Origin: Podarcis melisellensis
Taxonomy: Eukaryota
Length of the DNA: 64,000 nt
Direction: 5' to 3' (one strand)
Assembly (NCBI GenBank): GCA_964234715.1
Contig: OZ174278.1
In this document: piece after piece, positions 36,390 to 48,780 of the stretch
Numbering within the stretch: position 1 is the first letter of the stretch
How the letters are laid out: each line of letters begins with the position of its first letter
The notes under the pieces: generated by a model
What the model saw: the letters and a program-made list of their open reading frames with translations, nothing else
Database searches by the model: none
What the model was told of the DNA's origin: nothing
Translations under genes and position numbers: made by a program

Positions 36390-39151
36390 ACAACCCTATT
36401 AGCACATGTTAATTGCACCCCACCCACACCAGTTTTATTTTTATTTTTTCCTTCCCATTGATTTCAATCTGAAGGGAAGGGAGGTATGCCAGCCCCAGGG
36501 CTGGTATAATTTTTCAGCACATTGGTAAGTATGACTGGGAATGAGCCATCTTCAGATCCTGTGGACCAATGGCTTCCAACAACAACACCCCCTGAATGCT
36601 CATTAATGATCCCACCACAGAGAGCCGCCAGTGGGTCTACAGTGGCACTTTATGTTGTCACACATATAGGCCTCCAAACATAGGCCTCTCTCTCTGCCCA
36701 CAGTGAGGTCCAGTGTTTTATCGCCTCTCAGGTTCTCTCTGTCACCAGAGGAAACAAAATTTTACTGCATGGTTCACACCTCTAGGATCAGTTTGCTTTT
36801 TCTCTATTTGCTTCACCTTATGTCATCACTCTGCTATAGGTATCATGATACCCTTGTTTATGTACCTCCCCATATCAGAAGGGCATCATAACTTTCATGA
36901 TTAATTGGTATTGCAGCTCACAATAAGAATCAGAAGGTCATCATTATGATTTGTGAGTGCACAAGTGCACTGAGGATTACGAAAAATAACGCAGAATGTA
37001 ATATTGCACTTAGAATTAGTGTCATAATTAATAGAATAAAATACTTTTTATAGTTTACAGAAACATTTTTTTCATTTAAATAATCTCTGGCACTTATTTG
37101 ACCACATTAAAATATTAAAATAGATATGTTAGTGTCTGAAATTGTATCTTGATAATTACAGCTTGTAACAAAACACAGAAATGCCCTAGTCTGTACTCAG
37201 ATTTGGAGGTAATTGGGGGGGATCATGAGATAGCTGAAGTTTTAGAGACTCTTTAAAAATGTATTTCTGTGACACTGAAAGTGAGGGAAAGGAATAAGTA
37301 GAGCAAAGGAGGGAGAATAGTAATTTGTATAACTCCCTCCACCGGGTCTCTCGTTTTCTCTCTTAAAGCTATGGATATCAGCCTGCAAAATAGTTATAGC
37401 ACAAAGCCTTGAACTGTTGACTGTTGAACTATAAGCAACAGAGGTCACCCAAACCCCCCACAATGCTCAAAACATAAACTGGCAGTCAATATACAGCATT
37501 TATCCACAGCTTGATTGAAAGGTGATGAAGACTGTGTTCTGATATTTAAATTATCATGGGGAATTTTCCGTTTTCTTCTATGCATGAATCAAAGAACAAT
37601 GGCACTGTGTATCAACAACCTTTTTAATAAGAGAAATTATTCAGCAATAGATAAGGCAGGCAGAAGAGAATATATATTTAAATGTGCTTGAGAATGACCT
37701 TTAGCATTCTGTTCTTGTTTCCATTACACAGGAAGGATTAGCCTCTAAGTTGCTTTACTCACCCATCCCTGTTGGTATATTCTTTAAAGTATATAAAAAT
37801 CAGGGATAGTCAGAAGCTTAATTAAGAATACAGTCTAGTCTTTCAGGGCCCTTCCCAAAGTCTTTTACATTACTGCTTTCATAGGAAAAGCCTTAAAACA
37901 TTTTCAAGAGAGAAGCTGGATTTTTCCATTACGCAGCCTTCCATTTTAACTTACTAGAACCCAAACCATTAACATTTCAAGGGGACTAAGACAGAGATAA
38001 CATATTCTGAAAACAAGGTGAATTCACTGTTCAGGTGGCATTCAGATGCTTCCAGTACATGTTTTAAATACATCTGAGATCATTCTAATCAGATTCACTC
38101 TTTGCACTTTTCCCCCATTCTTTTTTGAGGCCTGTTAACAGTATGTCCAGGTCATAAGGTGCATGCACACAAGTGTGTGTATACACACACACCCCAACAC
38201 AAGCCATGTCTCTTTCTTTGGACTACCTGTTTCTGTTTTGAAACATTTCACATAACAGCCATGGGCCATGATTTAGCATTCAGTTTTATGGTATTAGAAG
38301 GAACATCTCTTTGCCCACCCTGAGAGTTCTCCCTCCCAGCAGTGCATCATATATATTCTGGCGACGCATCCATTCCTTTTTTCCAATCAGAATTTACTGG
38401 GCAACATCAACAAGGGCAAATGGAGGCCACTTATTGCCCTCACTCTGAAAGGGAGGCGAGAGAGAGAGAAAATATCCCTGTTGCCAAGGCAATGAATATT
38501 TCCCCCTCAGCCCTGCAGTTTTTTTGTTGTTTTTTAATGTATACTGGGATTTGAATATAGCTGAATTAACTGTCTGCAAGCCATTGTGACTGGGAGCTGT
38601 GGAGATAGTGTTTCAGGGCAGCAGGGGACCTGAGTGACAGTTTGGCTGTAGTTTACCATGTATCAAACTAAGGATAAATCTGAGAAAGTAGTTTCTTCTG
38701 CATATACATACAAAATGGATCAAAACCTGGTGAGTTCTAATTGGTCAGGCACTCCTTTCTTATCCTACTGGATCGTTGGTATAGGCCAGTGGGGGAGCAA
38801 AACTGCACCCAAATTGAAATGATTAGCTAAGGGAGCCCTTGCTACAGAAAACAGAAGGTTGAGCTCTGGCCAAGGAGGACAGAAAAGAAAACTGCTGAAA
38901 GAGATTGTTGGTGTAAGAGCTGGTGTCATATAAAGGAAATCAAAGGACTCAGGAAGGGGCTTTTAGAGAAACTTCAGAGGCCCGAGAAAACCAAAGAGCT
39001 AAAATCACTGGATACAACTGGGAAGGTTTGCAGAGAAGAGTTTGTGTCTTAAGAGGCTGTGGGAACGCTAAGAACAGAGGTTGCTGGATCAGGGTGAAGA
39101 CTGTAGCAGAAGCACTTCATTAAGTGTGGACTTGGTTGAAGACGACAAATA

Positions 39152-39386
39152 CAGTGGTACCTCGGTTTACGAACTTAATCCGTTCCGGAAGTCCATTCTT
39201 AAACCAAAACCGCTCTTAAACCAAGGCACATTTTCCCTAATGTGGCCTCCCACCGCCCTTCCACCATTCGGATTCCGTTCTTAGACTGAGGTAAAGTTCG
39301 CAAACCGGGACACTAATTCCGGTTTTGCGGAGTTCGTAAACTGAGTTGTTCGTTAACAGTACTGTTCTTAATCTGAGGCACCACTG
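39152..39386. mobile_element. pogo/Tigger-like MITE
   Basis: TA|CAGTGGTACCTCGG ... TGAGGCACCACTG|TA; same terminal family as 35535. Confidence 0.88.
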
Positions 39387-39709
39387 TACAGTCCTCAGTG
39401 CCTAGTTGATGAGTGTTAACTAGGGAGGAATGGGATAGGGAATCAGCTTTAGGTCTGATTATGAACAGAACTGAGGCTTGCATAACTCTCTCCTTAAGGT
39501 GACAGAAACCCTACACTGTATTTGCTAAATAATTCAATGATACAGTGAGATAATTCTTATATAAAGCAATTATAACAAAATGAAGTTAACCATCTAGTTT
39601 ATTAAGTTACTATACATACAAACATCATTGTCTGATTAGTAACTATTTTAAATAAATTATAATTTACTCTTATTTTTTACTTTTACCTTTCTCATTATCA
39701 ATGGCTCAT

Positions 39710-39882
39710 AGACATGTTGAGTATGCTCTACTTTCATGGCTAGAGGCAGCAATGCTTCTGAATGACAGTTGCTGGAGACTACAGGAGAGGAGAGGGCTCT
39801 TGCACTTGCTCTGCTTATGGACTTCCCATAGGCAACTGGTTGGCTGCTGTGAGAACAGAATGCTGAACTAGATGGGCCATTA
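39710..39882 (+). mobile_element. CR1-like LINE 3'UTR fragment
   Basis: CTTCCCATAGGCAACTGGTTGGCTGCTGTGAGAACAGAATGCTGAACTAGATGGGCCATT resembles a common squamate LINE 3' end (recalled). Confidence 0.55.
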
Positions 39883-41224
39883 TTACCAGTACTTAATATT
39901 TTAGTTTCCATGCTGTTTTGTCCGGTGCTTCTCCAGAGCTTCTGGTGGATAAACTAAGGTAGAATACAAATTGTACTGAGACGTGTGGTGGCCTCAATAA
40001 CAAAAGGTTAGGAAAAATAAACAATAAGTAATATCTGGGTATAGGGGGAACCTAATGTGTGAGACATCCATCCATAACCAATAAATAAGCAGTAGAGGGA
40101 TTCTTTTTCATAAGAATATGACTTTGTCCAAACAAAATTTACTGGGCTGACAGCACTAAGGATAAGTGAAGGCCTCCTGTTGCATTCACTTTGAATGGGA
40201 GAAAAGAGGGAACATATTCCTGTTGCCAAGGCAATGAAGACACTGCCATTTCAGCCCCACAATTTAGTGTGAAAGAAATGAATGCTGCATTAGAAAGGAC
40301 ATTATTTTTAAAAATGATTTGCTGTTGTGCATATGCACATGAATGCACAGAACAAACAGTTCGAGAAAGAGTCCCTTGCAATGGAGTGCTGATTGTGACC
40401 AGTCTGAGGTGGAGTGGGATCATGTCCTCAGTGCCTTGGCGATGGGGCTGCAGTCTTTTTTCTGTCCATGCCTCTTTTAAGTGGGAAAACATTTCTACTC
40501 CCTTTTGAGTTCTCCCCAAATGCTAGTCTTTATTTTTGTTTTTAGCTCAATATACATTCTTTCTTGCTATGTGTGCCCATTTCCCCCCACCAGGTAGTAA
40601 TCTAGTTTTGAGAGGAGAAACACTTCATTTTTAGCAACTTTCCCTGAAGCATTTAGCCAGAAATGGTAATTATGTAAGATAATAGAGGAAGTAAATTCAG
40701 CACTGTAGTTCACTCAAGGGATTTTGTGTGTGTTGGTAAGTGCTGCAAGATAGTGCATAGCTCTACATATATATGTCTTTCTTTTCTGTTAATATTTTCA
40801 CATTAGGGATAGCTTCCTGTTTTGTCGTATTTTGTGTAAATATGGTTTTCACCTTGAGATGGCGAAACCTTAATAAACCTGATCACTGGTGCACATTTCT
40901 GATAGGTTATTTGTCTTAATGAAAACATCCTAAATAGCTGTACAGTTGGAATCTCGAATTTTTGGAATCTCTGCATTTTGTTTTATCATGTATCCAAAAT
41001 ACAAGCATGTACTTGTGTATTTTAGTCATGTTGAATTTCTGGTATTCCTACCCTTGAACATCTAATGTTTGTCAGGGGTGAAGAGAACAAACTGCCTAAG
41101 GGGCAGGTTTGTGTCTGGAGAGATAGACAGAGAGAGAGCTTTGCTGGGTTACTTTTCAGCAGGAAAGCCTATCTGCTAATCTTTTCCCTGGTGTGCAAGG
41201 AGAAGCAGGAACCATGCTGCTTCT

Positions 41225-41520
41225 GAGAAGTAAACAGGAAATTACTCTCCATTGCCTGCTCCCTATTGGCCGGGATGGATGGGGGTAACGGAAATCCAGC
41301 CGTCATGAGATGGCTTAGCATAGAAAAATGACACAGAGAGCCAGCTATATTTTCATGATGGTAAGAGCAGATCCTCTCTCTGCTCTCCTCCGATCTATTC
41401 TCCTTTGTTCTCCCCAGCCGCATGGCCGTTTGCCAATGTCTCACGTTACCTCATCCGGTCATGGCTTTTATTACGCCCATCGCCATATAAGGTCAATGCA
41501 TTCTAATACATTGTAAGGCA
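41225..41520. promoter_or_regulatory. Candidate intronic enhancer / conserved non-coding element
   Basis: Non-repetitive, about 10 CpG in ~220 bp. Motifs: GTAAACAGGAAAT (FOX:ETS), TGGC-N5-GCCAA (NFI), CCATATAAGG (CArG), Sox-type CTTTGTT and CATTGT. Confidence 0.55.
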
Positions 41521-41888
41521 CAGAGTGCTGGTCAGCCGAGGTCAGGGGGCACCCTGCAGTCTTACAAGCCTCTGCTATGGCTTTATGACTCCCACATGGG
41601 GGAGCAGTTGGTAGCACTTGCAATTGTTTCCTGAAGCTCTGTGCTTGGTTCTGATGCACATGGTTCAGATATGGTGATACCTCACTTAGGTATCTTTGTG
41701 TGGGAAAACAGAATCTCACTTCTGCTACTCTTGCTGATGAAAATGCCTAATACCTGTTGATGTGGATTGGGGACTGAGTAAAGGAGAACAGAAGAGTAAG
41801 AAAGGCACCAGTCAAGCCAAAACAAACAAATGGAGTGCATGAAAGTCAGTGCTATCTGTTATATGTTAACAGTCAGTGCTATCTTTAT

Positions 41889-42613
41889 GGCCCTGATCTG
41901 GCCACTGTGATCCATGCGACAGTCACCTCCAGGCTTGATTACTGTAACTCGCTCTACGCGGGGCTGCCCTTGAAGCTGCCCCAGAAACTCCAGCAGGTGC
42001 AGAATGCCGCAGCGAGACTCCTTATGGGGTCCTTGCCGTGTGACCACATTCATCCAGTGCTTTACCAGCTGCACTGGCTCCCGGTGGAGGACAGGGTCAG
42101 GTTTAAGGTGCTGGTTTTGACCTTTAAAAGCCCTATGCAGCCTCGTACCTACGGGACCGCCTCCCTTGGTATGCCCCACAGAGGACCTTAAGGTCCACAA
42201 ATAACAACACTTTGTAGGTCCCAAGCCGCAAGGAGGTTAGATTGGTCTCAACTAGGGCCAGGGCCTTTTCAGTACTGGCCCCGACTTGGTGGAACGCTCT
42301 GTCTCAAGAGACCAGGGCCCTGCGGGATTTGACATCTTTCTGCAGGGCCTGCAAGACGGAGCTGTTCCGCCTGGCCTTTGGTTTGGATTCACTCTGACCC
42401 TTATGTTTCCCTCCCCTTATGGTTTTGATTTATGGGCTACTACTAAAATGATGCTGCATTTTAAATTGTATTTTAACCCGTATTTTAATTAACCGTTCTT
42501 TCTTTTTTTATTACATTTTATTGTAATTTTATTGGTGTTAGCCACCCTGAGTCCAGTTCTGGCCGGGGAGGGCAGGGAATAAATAATAATAAAAATATTA
42601 TTATTATTATTAT
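41889..42613 (+). mobile_element. L2 LINE 3' end (ORF2 C-terminus, 3'UTR, (ATT)n tail)
   Basis: Translation VTSRLDYCNSLYAGLP...QNAAARLL...LHWLPV...RFKVLVLTFK is the L2 ORF2 C-terminal signature. Ends AATAAATAATAA...TTATTATT. Confidence 0.93.
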
Positions 42614-43101
42614 CATCTCCCTCTTTTACTTTACTGTGCCTTAAGCCTCAGCTAATAGGTATTTTGAAGGGAATAAAGATAATTGTTTTTAACACCTGGA
42701 ATTCAAAGCAACACGTGATGGAAATGAGGGAATTGGGTCTGTGTGCTATAGAGAAGGCTCCTTCCACTCCCTTAAAAATCCTAGTGTGAGATCTGACAGA
42801 AAGTTGTGAAAGATCTGTTGCTGAAAGAAGAACTGAAAAGGTCAGGTGTTCACCTCTTCCTTCCCTTCTTTACATATCTATGGTCATCTTTTGAGCAGGA
42901 TTGTGTCAACTTTTTAACTAAAATTCAAAGTGATTCCAGGTAAATTTCTACCTATAACTCAAGTGGATTAGGGGGACTGAATTTGATACATTTGTTGCTC
43001 TCATTCAGATTTTTAAAATGGTCTGATAAACAAGACTGTGAACCAGCTGTGTGGCCACACTCCCTTTTTTCCTTTCCTTTGCCTCCTTTCCTCATGGAAC
43101 T

Positions 43102-44597
43102 GACTTCAGTAAGACTTTCAACAAAGTCCCCCAAGATTTTCTTGTGGAGGAGCTGGCAAGATGATGTTACTGTTAGGTAGATCTGGTTGACTGACCAAAG
43201 CCAAAGAGTTCTTACCAATGGTTACTCGTTATCCTAGAAAGAAGCGACAAGTGGGATGTTGTAGGATTCTGTCCTGGTGTTGGCCTGGTGTTGTTCATCA
43301 TATTTATAAATGACTTAGATGAAGAAATTGAGGGGATGCTCATCAAAGTTTCAGATGATACCATCTGGGAGGAGTAGCTAATACCTCAGAAGATAGAATC
43401 GGGATTCAATATGATTTTAATAGGTGGGAGAACTAGACTGAAACTAACCAAAAGAATTTCAGTAGGCACAAATGAAAGGTACTATAGTTAGGCAGGAATA
43501 AACGGATGCACAAATATGATGTTGGAATGGGGGACACCTGGCCGTACAGCAGTACGTGTGAAAAGGATCTAGGGGTCTTGGTGGACCACAAACTTAACAA
43601 TGTGATGCAGCAGCAAAAAAAAGCTAATGCAATTTTAGACTGCATCAACAGCAGTATAGTGTCTCAGTCAAAGGCAGTAATAGTACCACTCTATTCTGCC
43701 TTAGGGACGCAGGTGGCACTGTGGGTTAAAGCCTCAGCGCCTAGGACTTGCTGATCGAAAGGTCGGCGGTTCGAATCCCTGCTGCGGGGTGCGCTCCCGC
43801 TGCTCGGTCCCAGCGCCTGCCAACCTAGCAGTTCGAAAGCACCTCCGGGTGCAAGTAGATAAATAGGGACCGCTTACCAGCGGGAAGGTAAACGGCGTTT
43901 CCGTGTGCAGCTCTGGCTCGCCAGACCAGCGATGTCACACTGGCCATGTGACCTGGAAGTGTCTCCGGACAGCGCTGGCCCCTGGCCTCTTAAGTGAGAT
44001 GGGCGCACAACCCCAGAGTCTGGCAAGACTGGCCCGTACGGGCAGGGGTACCTTTACCTTTACCTTTATTCTGCCTTAGTCAGACCACATCTGGAACACT
44101 GTGTCCCATCCTGGGCAACACAATTTAAGAAGGATGTTGACAAGCTGGAACGTGTGCAGAGGAGGATGATTAAGATGATCAAGGATCTGGAAACCATTTA
44201 TTATAAGGAATGGTGGAAGGAATTTTGTAAATTCAGCCTGGAGAAGATGTTCTGATGTTCTGAGATGTTATGATAGGCATCTAAAATATTGTTACATGGG
44301 AGATGGAGCAAGCTTGTTTTCTGCTGTTCTAGAGGGTAGGACCTGATCCAATGGATTCAAGTTACAAGAAAGGAAATTGCTGCTAAACATTAGGAAGAAC
44401 TTTTTGATTGTAAGAGCTGTTTGACTGTGGAATGGGTTTCCTCAGGAGGTGGTGGACTTTCCTCCATTGGAGGATTTTAAACAGAGCTTGGATATTCATC
44501 TGTCAGGGATTCTTTAGCCGTGGTTCCTGTATTGCAGGGGGTTATGCTAGAGGACCCTTGAAGTCCCTTCCACTTCTACAGTTTTGTGTTTCTGTGC
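43102..44597 (+). mobile_element. CR1 LINE 3' portion (RT remnant), interrupted by a SINE
   Basis: DFSKTFNKVP (decayed DFSKAFDKVP), EKDLGVLVDHKL, KANAILDCI, IVPLYSAL motifs and a CR1 3' tail; many frameshifts. Confidence 0.9.
43704..44066 (+). mobile_element. Sauria SINE nested in CR1
   Basis: GGGACGCAGGTGGC head, GGTTCGAATCC B box, (ACCTTT)n tail. TSD TATTCTGCCTTAG (43692-43704, 44067-44079). Confidence 0.93.
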
Positions 44598-44689
44598 TTT
44601 TAAGCTGTTAACCTCCTGTTTCTCATGGTACCCGAATCAAGTAACTGGCACAATTGCTTCTCAAGGCAGCTCTGTTTAGGGAGGTTTGG

Positions 44690-44788
44690 TGTTTTATCAT
44701 GTTTTTAATATTCTTCTGGGAGCCGCCCAGAGTGGCTGGGGAGGCCCGGCCAGATGGGTGGGGGATAAGTAATAAATTATTATTATTA
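44690..44788 (+). mobile_element. L2-type 3' terminal fragment
   Basis: GGAGCCGCCCAGAGTGGCTGGGG...CAGATGGG...AATAAATTATTATTATT. Confidence 0.65.
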
Positions 44789-45308
44789 GGTTTACTATTA
44801 TATCTAACTTTTTATATAAAGAATCTCTTATAAGGATCTGATATAAATTGTACAAGTCTCTTTAAAAATAACAGTAAAAACAATCCTTTATAGAACAATC
44901 CTAAGAGAGCTGGAGAGAAAGACCCTTATTCATCTTTCAAAAACATTTCTTATTCCCATTGCTTCTCAGTTCCAGGAATATGGGAGGCTTTTGGTTCCAG
45001 TGGATCCAATGCCTTTCCTGATCTACCGTGGAATCTTTTTAGCCCTGTCTGACATTAGCTACCATGAGGCTACAACAGTTGGTGCATGGACCGACCTCCT
45101 TCTCAGGCCTTGGGCCTCCCTCTCTGCTTGCAAAATCCCATGGCCCCTGAGAAATCCTCCCAAAGACTTTAATACTGTGCCCTAGAAAGCAGAGTTCAAA
45201 AGATTAAATTTATTAAGGCTGTGATTATAAGCGTGCCTGCTCACAAGCTCAAATCAATTCATGGGATACTTAACAATTAAATATGTTTCACAGCCTTGTC
45301 ATATCATT

Positions 45309-45312
<4 letters not shown>

Positions 45313-45354
<42 letters not shown>
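45313..45354. repeat. (GT)n microsatellite
   Basis: 21 units. Confidence 0.97.
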
Positions 45355-45355
<1 letters not shown>

Positions 45356-46899
45356 TGCAGCTGTACTCTCATTACAAATCTATGCATACTTTACATGGGA
45401 GCATATCCCACAGAACACAGTGGGCCCTTTTTGAAGCATGCTTGGGATTGCAGTTAAATGGGTCAATATTTCATAGATCCTTTGTGTAAAACGGATAGTT
45501 CTAGATGGTTTGAAGGCATGGTGGCAACACGATGCAAGTGGAAAGATAAAATAGGAAAGATAAATGTATACATTACAGAGATTATTACTTGATAAATTTC
45601 TTACTTGGTAAGTAGCTGTGCAACTACTGCTATTAGGATTGAAGGTCATTTTCTGATATGGACATGCCTGTTTGTGATGCACAACTTTAGGGGAGCACCA
45701 TTTCAGAGATGGTATTTTCCCCACCTTTAGTTTGGGCTTTCTACCCTCCACCCCCACTCCCCCCAAAATCTCAAGAGCTGTTTTTCAAATGCTGCTCCCT
45801 CCCCCTTTTTTTCTCACTGTACGTTTTCAAATGAATTGCAAAAGATACCTCCTGAAAGGGAACTCTCCATATATCACTGCATGTGAATCTGTTAATATAC
45901 ATTGTGAGCATACTAATAGTGATCTTGGCAGAGCTGCTGTTCATTGGTAGTTGAGGCATTCTTAATGTAAAATTAAATTATTCTAGCCTTATCTTTAAGA
46001 CCAAATCATTTTCTATATCTCCTTCTTTCACTTACTTTAACCGATACCCAGGAGGTTACTGTACCACTTAATCGATCAGAACTTCTGAGGAATTACTCCC
46101 CTCGGTGATGCTATTTTTCCTGGCTGCCTTTCTGATGAGGCCCCTAAAAATAAATGAGCACTGTACTAAATGACAAGTTTAAATCCTTTGGTGTTCCTAA
46201 TGTTTGGAACACGGAGCCTTAACACAATAGGGGCTAATATATATAAAAAGTTAAAAACGATTTGAATTTACTCACTTCAGCATTAATCAGATAGCTGCTT
46301 TGAATTCACGAACTAACACTTGAGAATGAACGAAGTTCCTCAAAGATGCATTTACGTTTATCTGACCAAATTCATGCAGACTCAGCTTCGCCTGCAGAAC
46401 TTGCTCAGCTACACTTTCTCCCTCCCTCTCTCTTTCTCTACTGCAAAAGGATACGGATGACAAAAGGAGAATATATAAGGGATTCCCACTGAGATTCAGC
46501 TCTATAAATTATGTATTATGCAGACACCATTCTGCTGATTCTATCTGTTCCCCAATTCTTGATTCCTTGTTTTTCCATCTATAAATAGCTATGGCCAGAT
46601 TTTCAGTTGAAAAGTGATGAGGACAAAACCAGAAATCTTTCCTATTAGTACTGTCTGCTTAAGATTCCCTCTCCCTTTCATACTGTGACGTCCTCGGGGC
46701 TTTAAGTCTCTGGGAATACAAGCAGTGCTGTATCACTGATAAGCTAGTAGGGAATGGACTGAAATAACTCTTGTAAATATTTCTAAAAATGACTTTTTTG
46801 TGGGGGGGGGGAGACAATTGTTTTATACCTTATTATCTGGATATTTCTATTTTTCAGCATATCAGAATAATATGTTATACTGTCATTTTTTTCCCCTAG

Positions 46900-47025
46900 A
46901 CCCCAATGCTATGGCTGAAAAGGACGCAACGGACCACGCTGTTATAGGAGGGATAGTTGCTGTAGTTGTTTTTGTCACACTATGTTCTATAATTCTGCTT
47001 GGTCGATATCTGGCAAGACATAAAG
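46900..47025 (+). CDS. CADM2: CADM2 transmembrane exon
   Basis: ttttttcccctAG acceptor, AAG|GTAGG donor, 126 nt, phase 1-1. Encodes [42 protein letters not shown], the SynCAM TM helix and the start of the protein 4.1/FERM-binding motif. Confidence 0.97.
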
Positions 47026-47859
47026 GTAGGCTAGATTTAATCACAGTGCAGTCACCTTTTGTAGCAATATTTCCTAGTGATTAGTTTTACCCTGCAACAC
47101 TTTTTTTTTATTTAAGAAACTCTTCTAGACCCCAGGAAAACTCAGCTCTGATGTTACAGCATCAAGTTTTTGGTTTTTTGTGTGTGTTTTAGTGAGGTCC
47201 TGATTTTTACCCAATTTTACAGCTGGATTAACTGTGGCAAAATAACATCTAGCAATCTGCCCAAGGTCACACAGGGTGTCTGTCTGACTCGGAATCAGGC
47301 AGTTGGGATTCTGCTTCATGCAATAGACCCCCACTGTCCCTTAATTTAACGAGTTTGTAAGATAAAAATTCTATATAAATAGGCAGACAAGCAGATAAGA
47401 TAGACAGTTGTGAACTGCTGGGTCTCAAAAATGCATTTTTTTCAACCCTCAAGACAGGAAAGATACTGACCATTAAATTCTGACATCCTAACAGTCGTTT
47501 TTAAGCCGGGGGGGGGGTATGGTGCAAAATTGGCATGTACATTTTGGGGGTTTTTTCTCCCTGGATGTTTTAGGGAGGAAATAAGTACGACGAGGCAGTC
47601 ACCATCTATTTATGCATCTAAAGCAGGGCAGGTTGGGTCTACTTATTACAAGAAAAGCAAGCAGGTGATTGGAATAAGCTCCCCATCCTCTTTCCTTAAT
47701 GGAATCTGTTGCCTTTCTTTTCTTCAAAAGTGCTTCAAAGAACTGAGCCCTGCGCGATATGGCAAGGGAAGGGAGTAAGGCTACGGGTCTTTCCCCCATG
47801 TCCTCCTCTGCCTCATGTCACGCCATTAAGAGAGTTGGGGCATGTTAACATCTGAATCG

Positions 47860-48780
47860 GGAAAGGCTGACTGTTTTGAACCAATGCTTGGATGAGGGCC
47901 AACAAACTGAAATTGAATCCCAGTAAGACAGAGACTCTATGGGTGAATAGTACCCAGGTGTTGGGGACTTTCTCAGTTCTAAAGGGAGTAGCACTCCCTC
48001 TGAAGGATCAGGTATGTCTCTGTGTGAAACAAGCACCAGTTATCAACTTAGGCTGGTATGCCATCTATGTCCTTTTACTGGATAGTCTGACCACCATGAT
48101 TCATGTGTTGGCCCCCTCTTAACTGACTACTGAAATTAGCTCGATGTGGGACTTCCCTTGAGACTGGAATGGAAGCCACAGTTGGTGTAGAACAATGCAG
48201 CCAGCTTGTTAGTGGAGCCCCTGGGTGAGCAGATATTACACTTGTGCTGAGGAAACTGCCCTGCTTGTCAGTCACTTACTAGGCCATGTTCTGGGTCTTG
48301 TTACTAATATATAAAGCTTTGAACTATGTGGGACCAGGCCATCTTAAAGATCACTTGCCCCCCGTATATACCTGCAAGATCCCTTAGATAATCTGGGGAC
48401 ATTCTACTCAAGCTGCCATTGCACCCTACACAATATCACAGAGTGGTAACATGAAAAAGGGCATTTTCCACCCTTGTCCCTGAATTGTAGAATGTCCTTC
48501 CCTCTGCCATATGTGAAGTGTTATGCATCTGTTCCTTCAGACATGCTATAAAGACATACCTTTTGTGCAGGCTTCCCCTAACCAATAAAATGGAACACTG
48601 CTATTACTTAATTCCTTCCTTTGTTATGTTTTTTTTTTTTTATAATGCCATTTCACTGTTGATTTTAAGTTGGGTATCAGGTATTTATTTATGATACTGC
48701 TGTTGGTATTATATCTATATTTACTGCTTAGAGATTTTTAAATATTAAATGGTTTAGAAATGTTTTCCAGTAAATAAGTA
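47860..48780 (+). mobile_element. Old L2 LINE fragment in the last intron
   Basis: WMRANKLKLNPSKTE motif followed by decayed L2 ORF2 C-terminal sequence. Confidence 0.8.

Noticed and set aside
38650-39580. Possible second solo LTR hosting the 39152 MITE
   Set aside because: LTR-like texture and a TAACA end, but no matching 5' terminus or TSD could be fixed.
46130-46160. Hammerhead ribozyme core CTGATGAGGCC, and other CTGANGA hits
   Set aside because: No complementary stem II followed by GAAA could be built.
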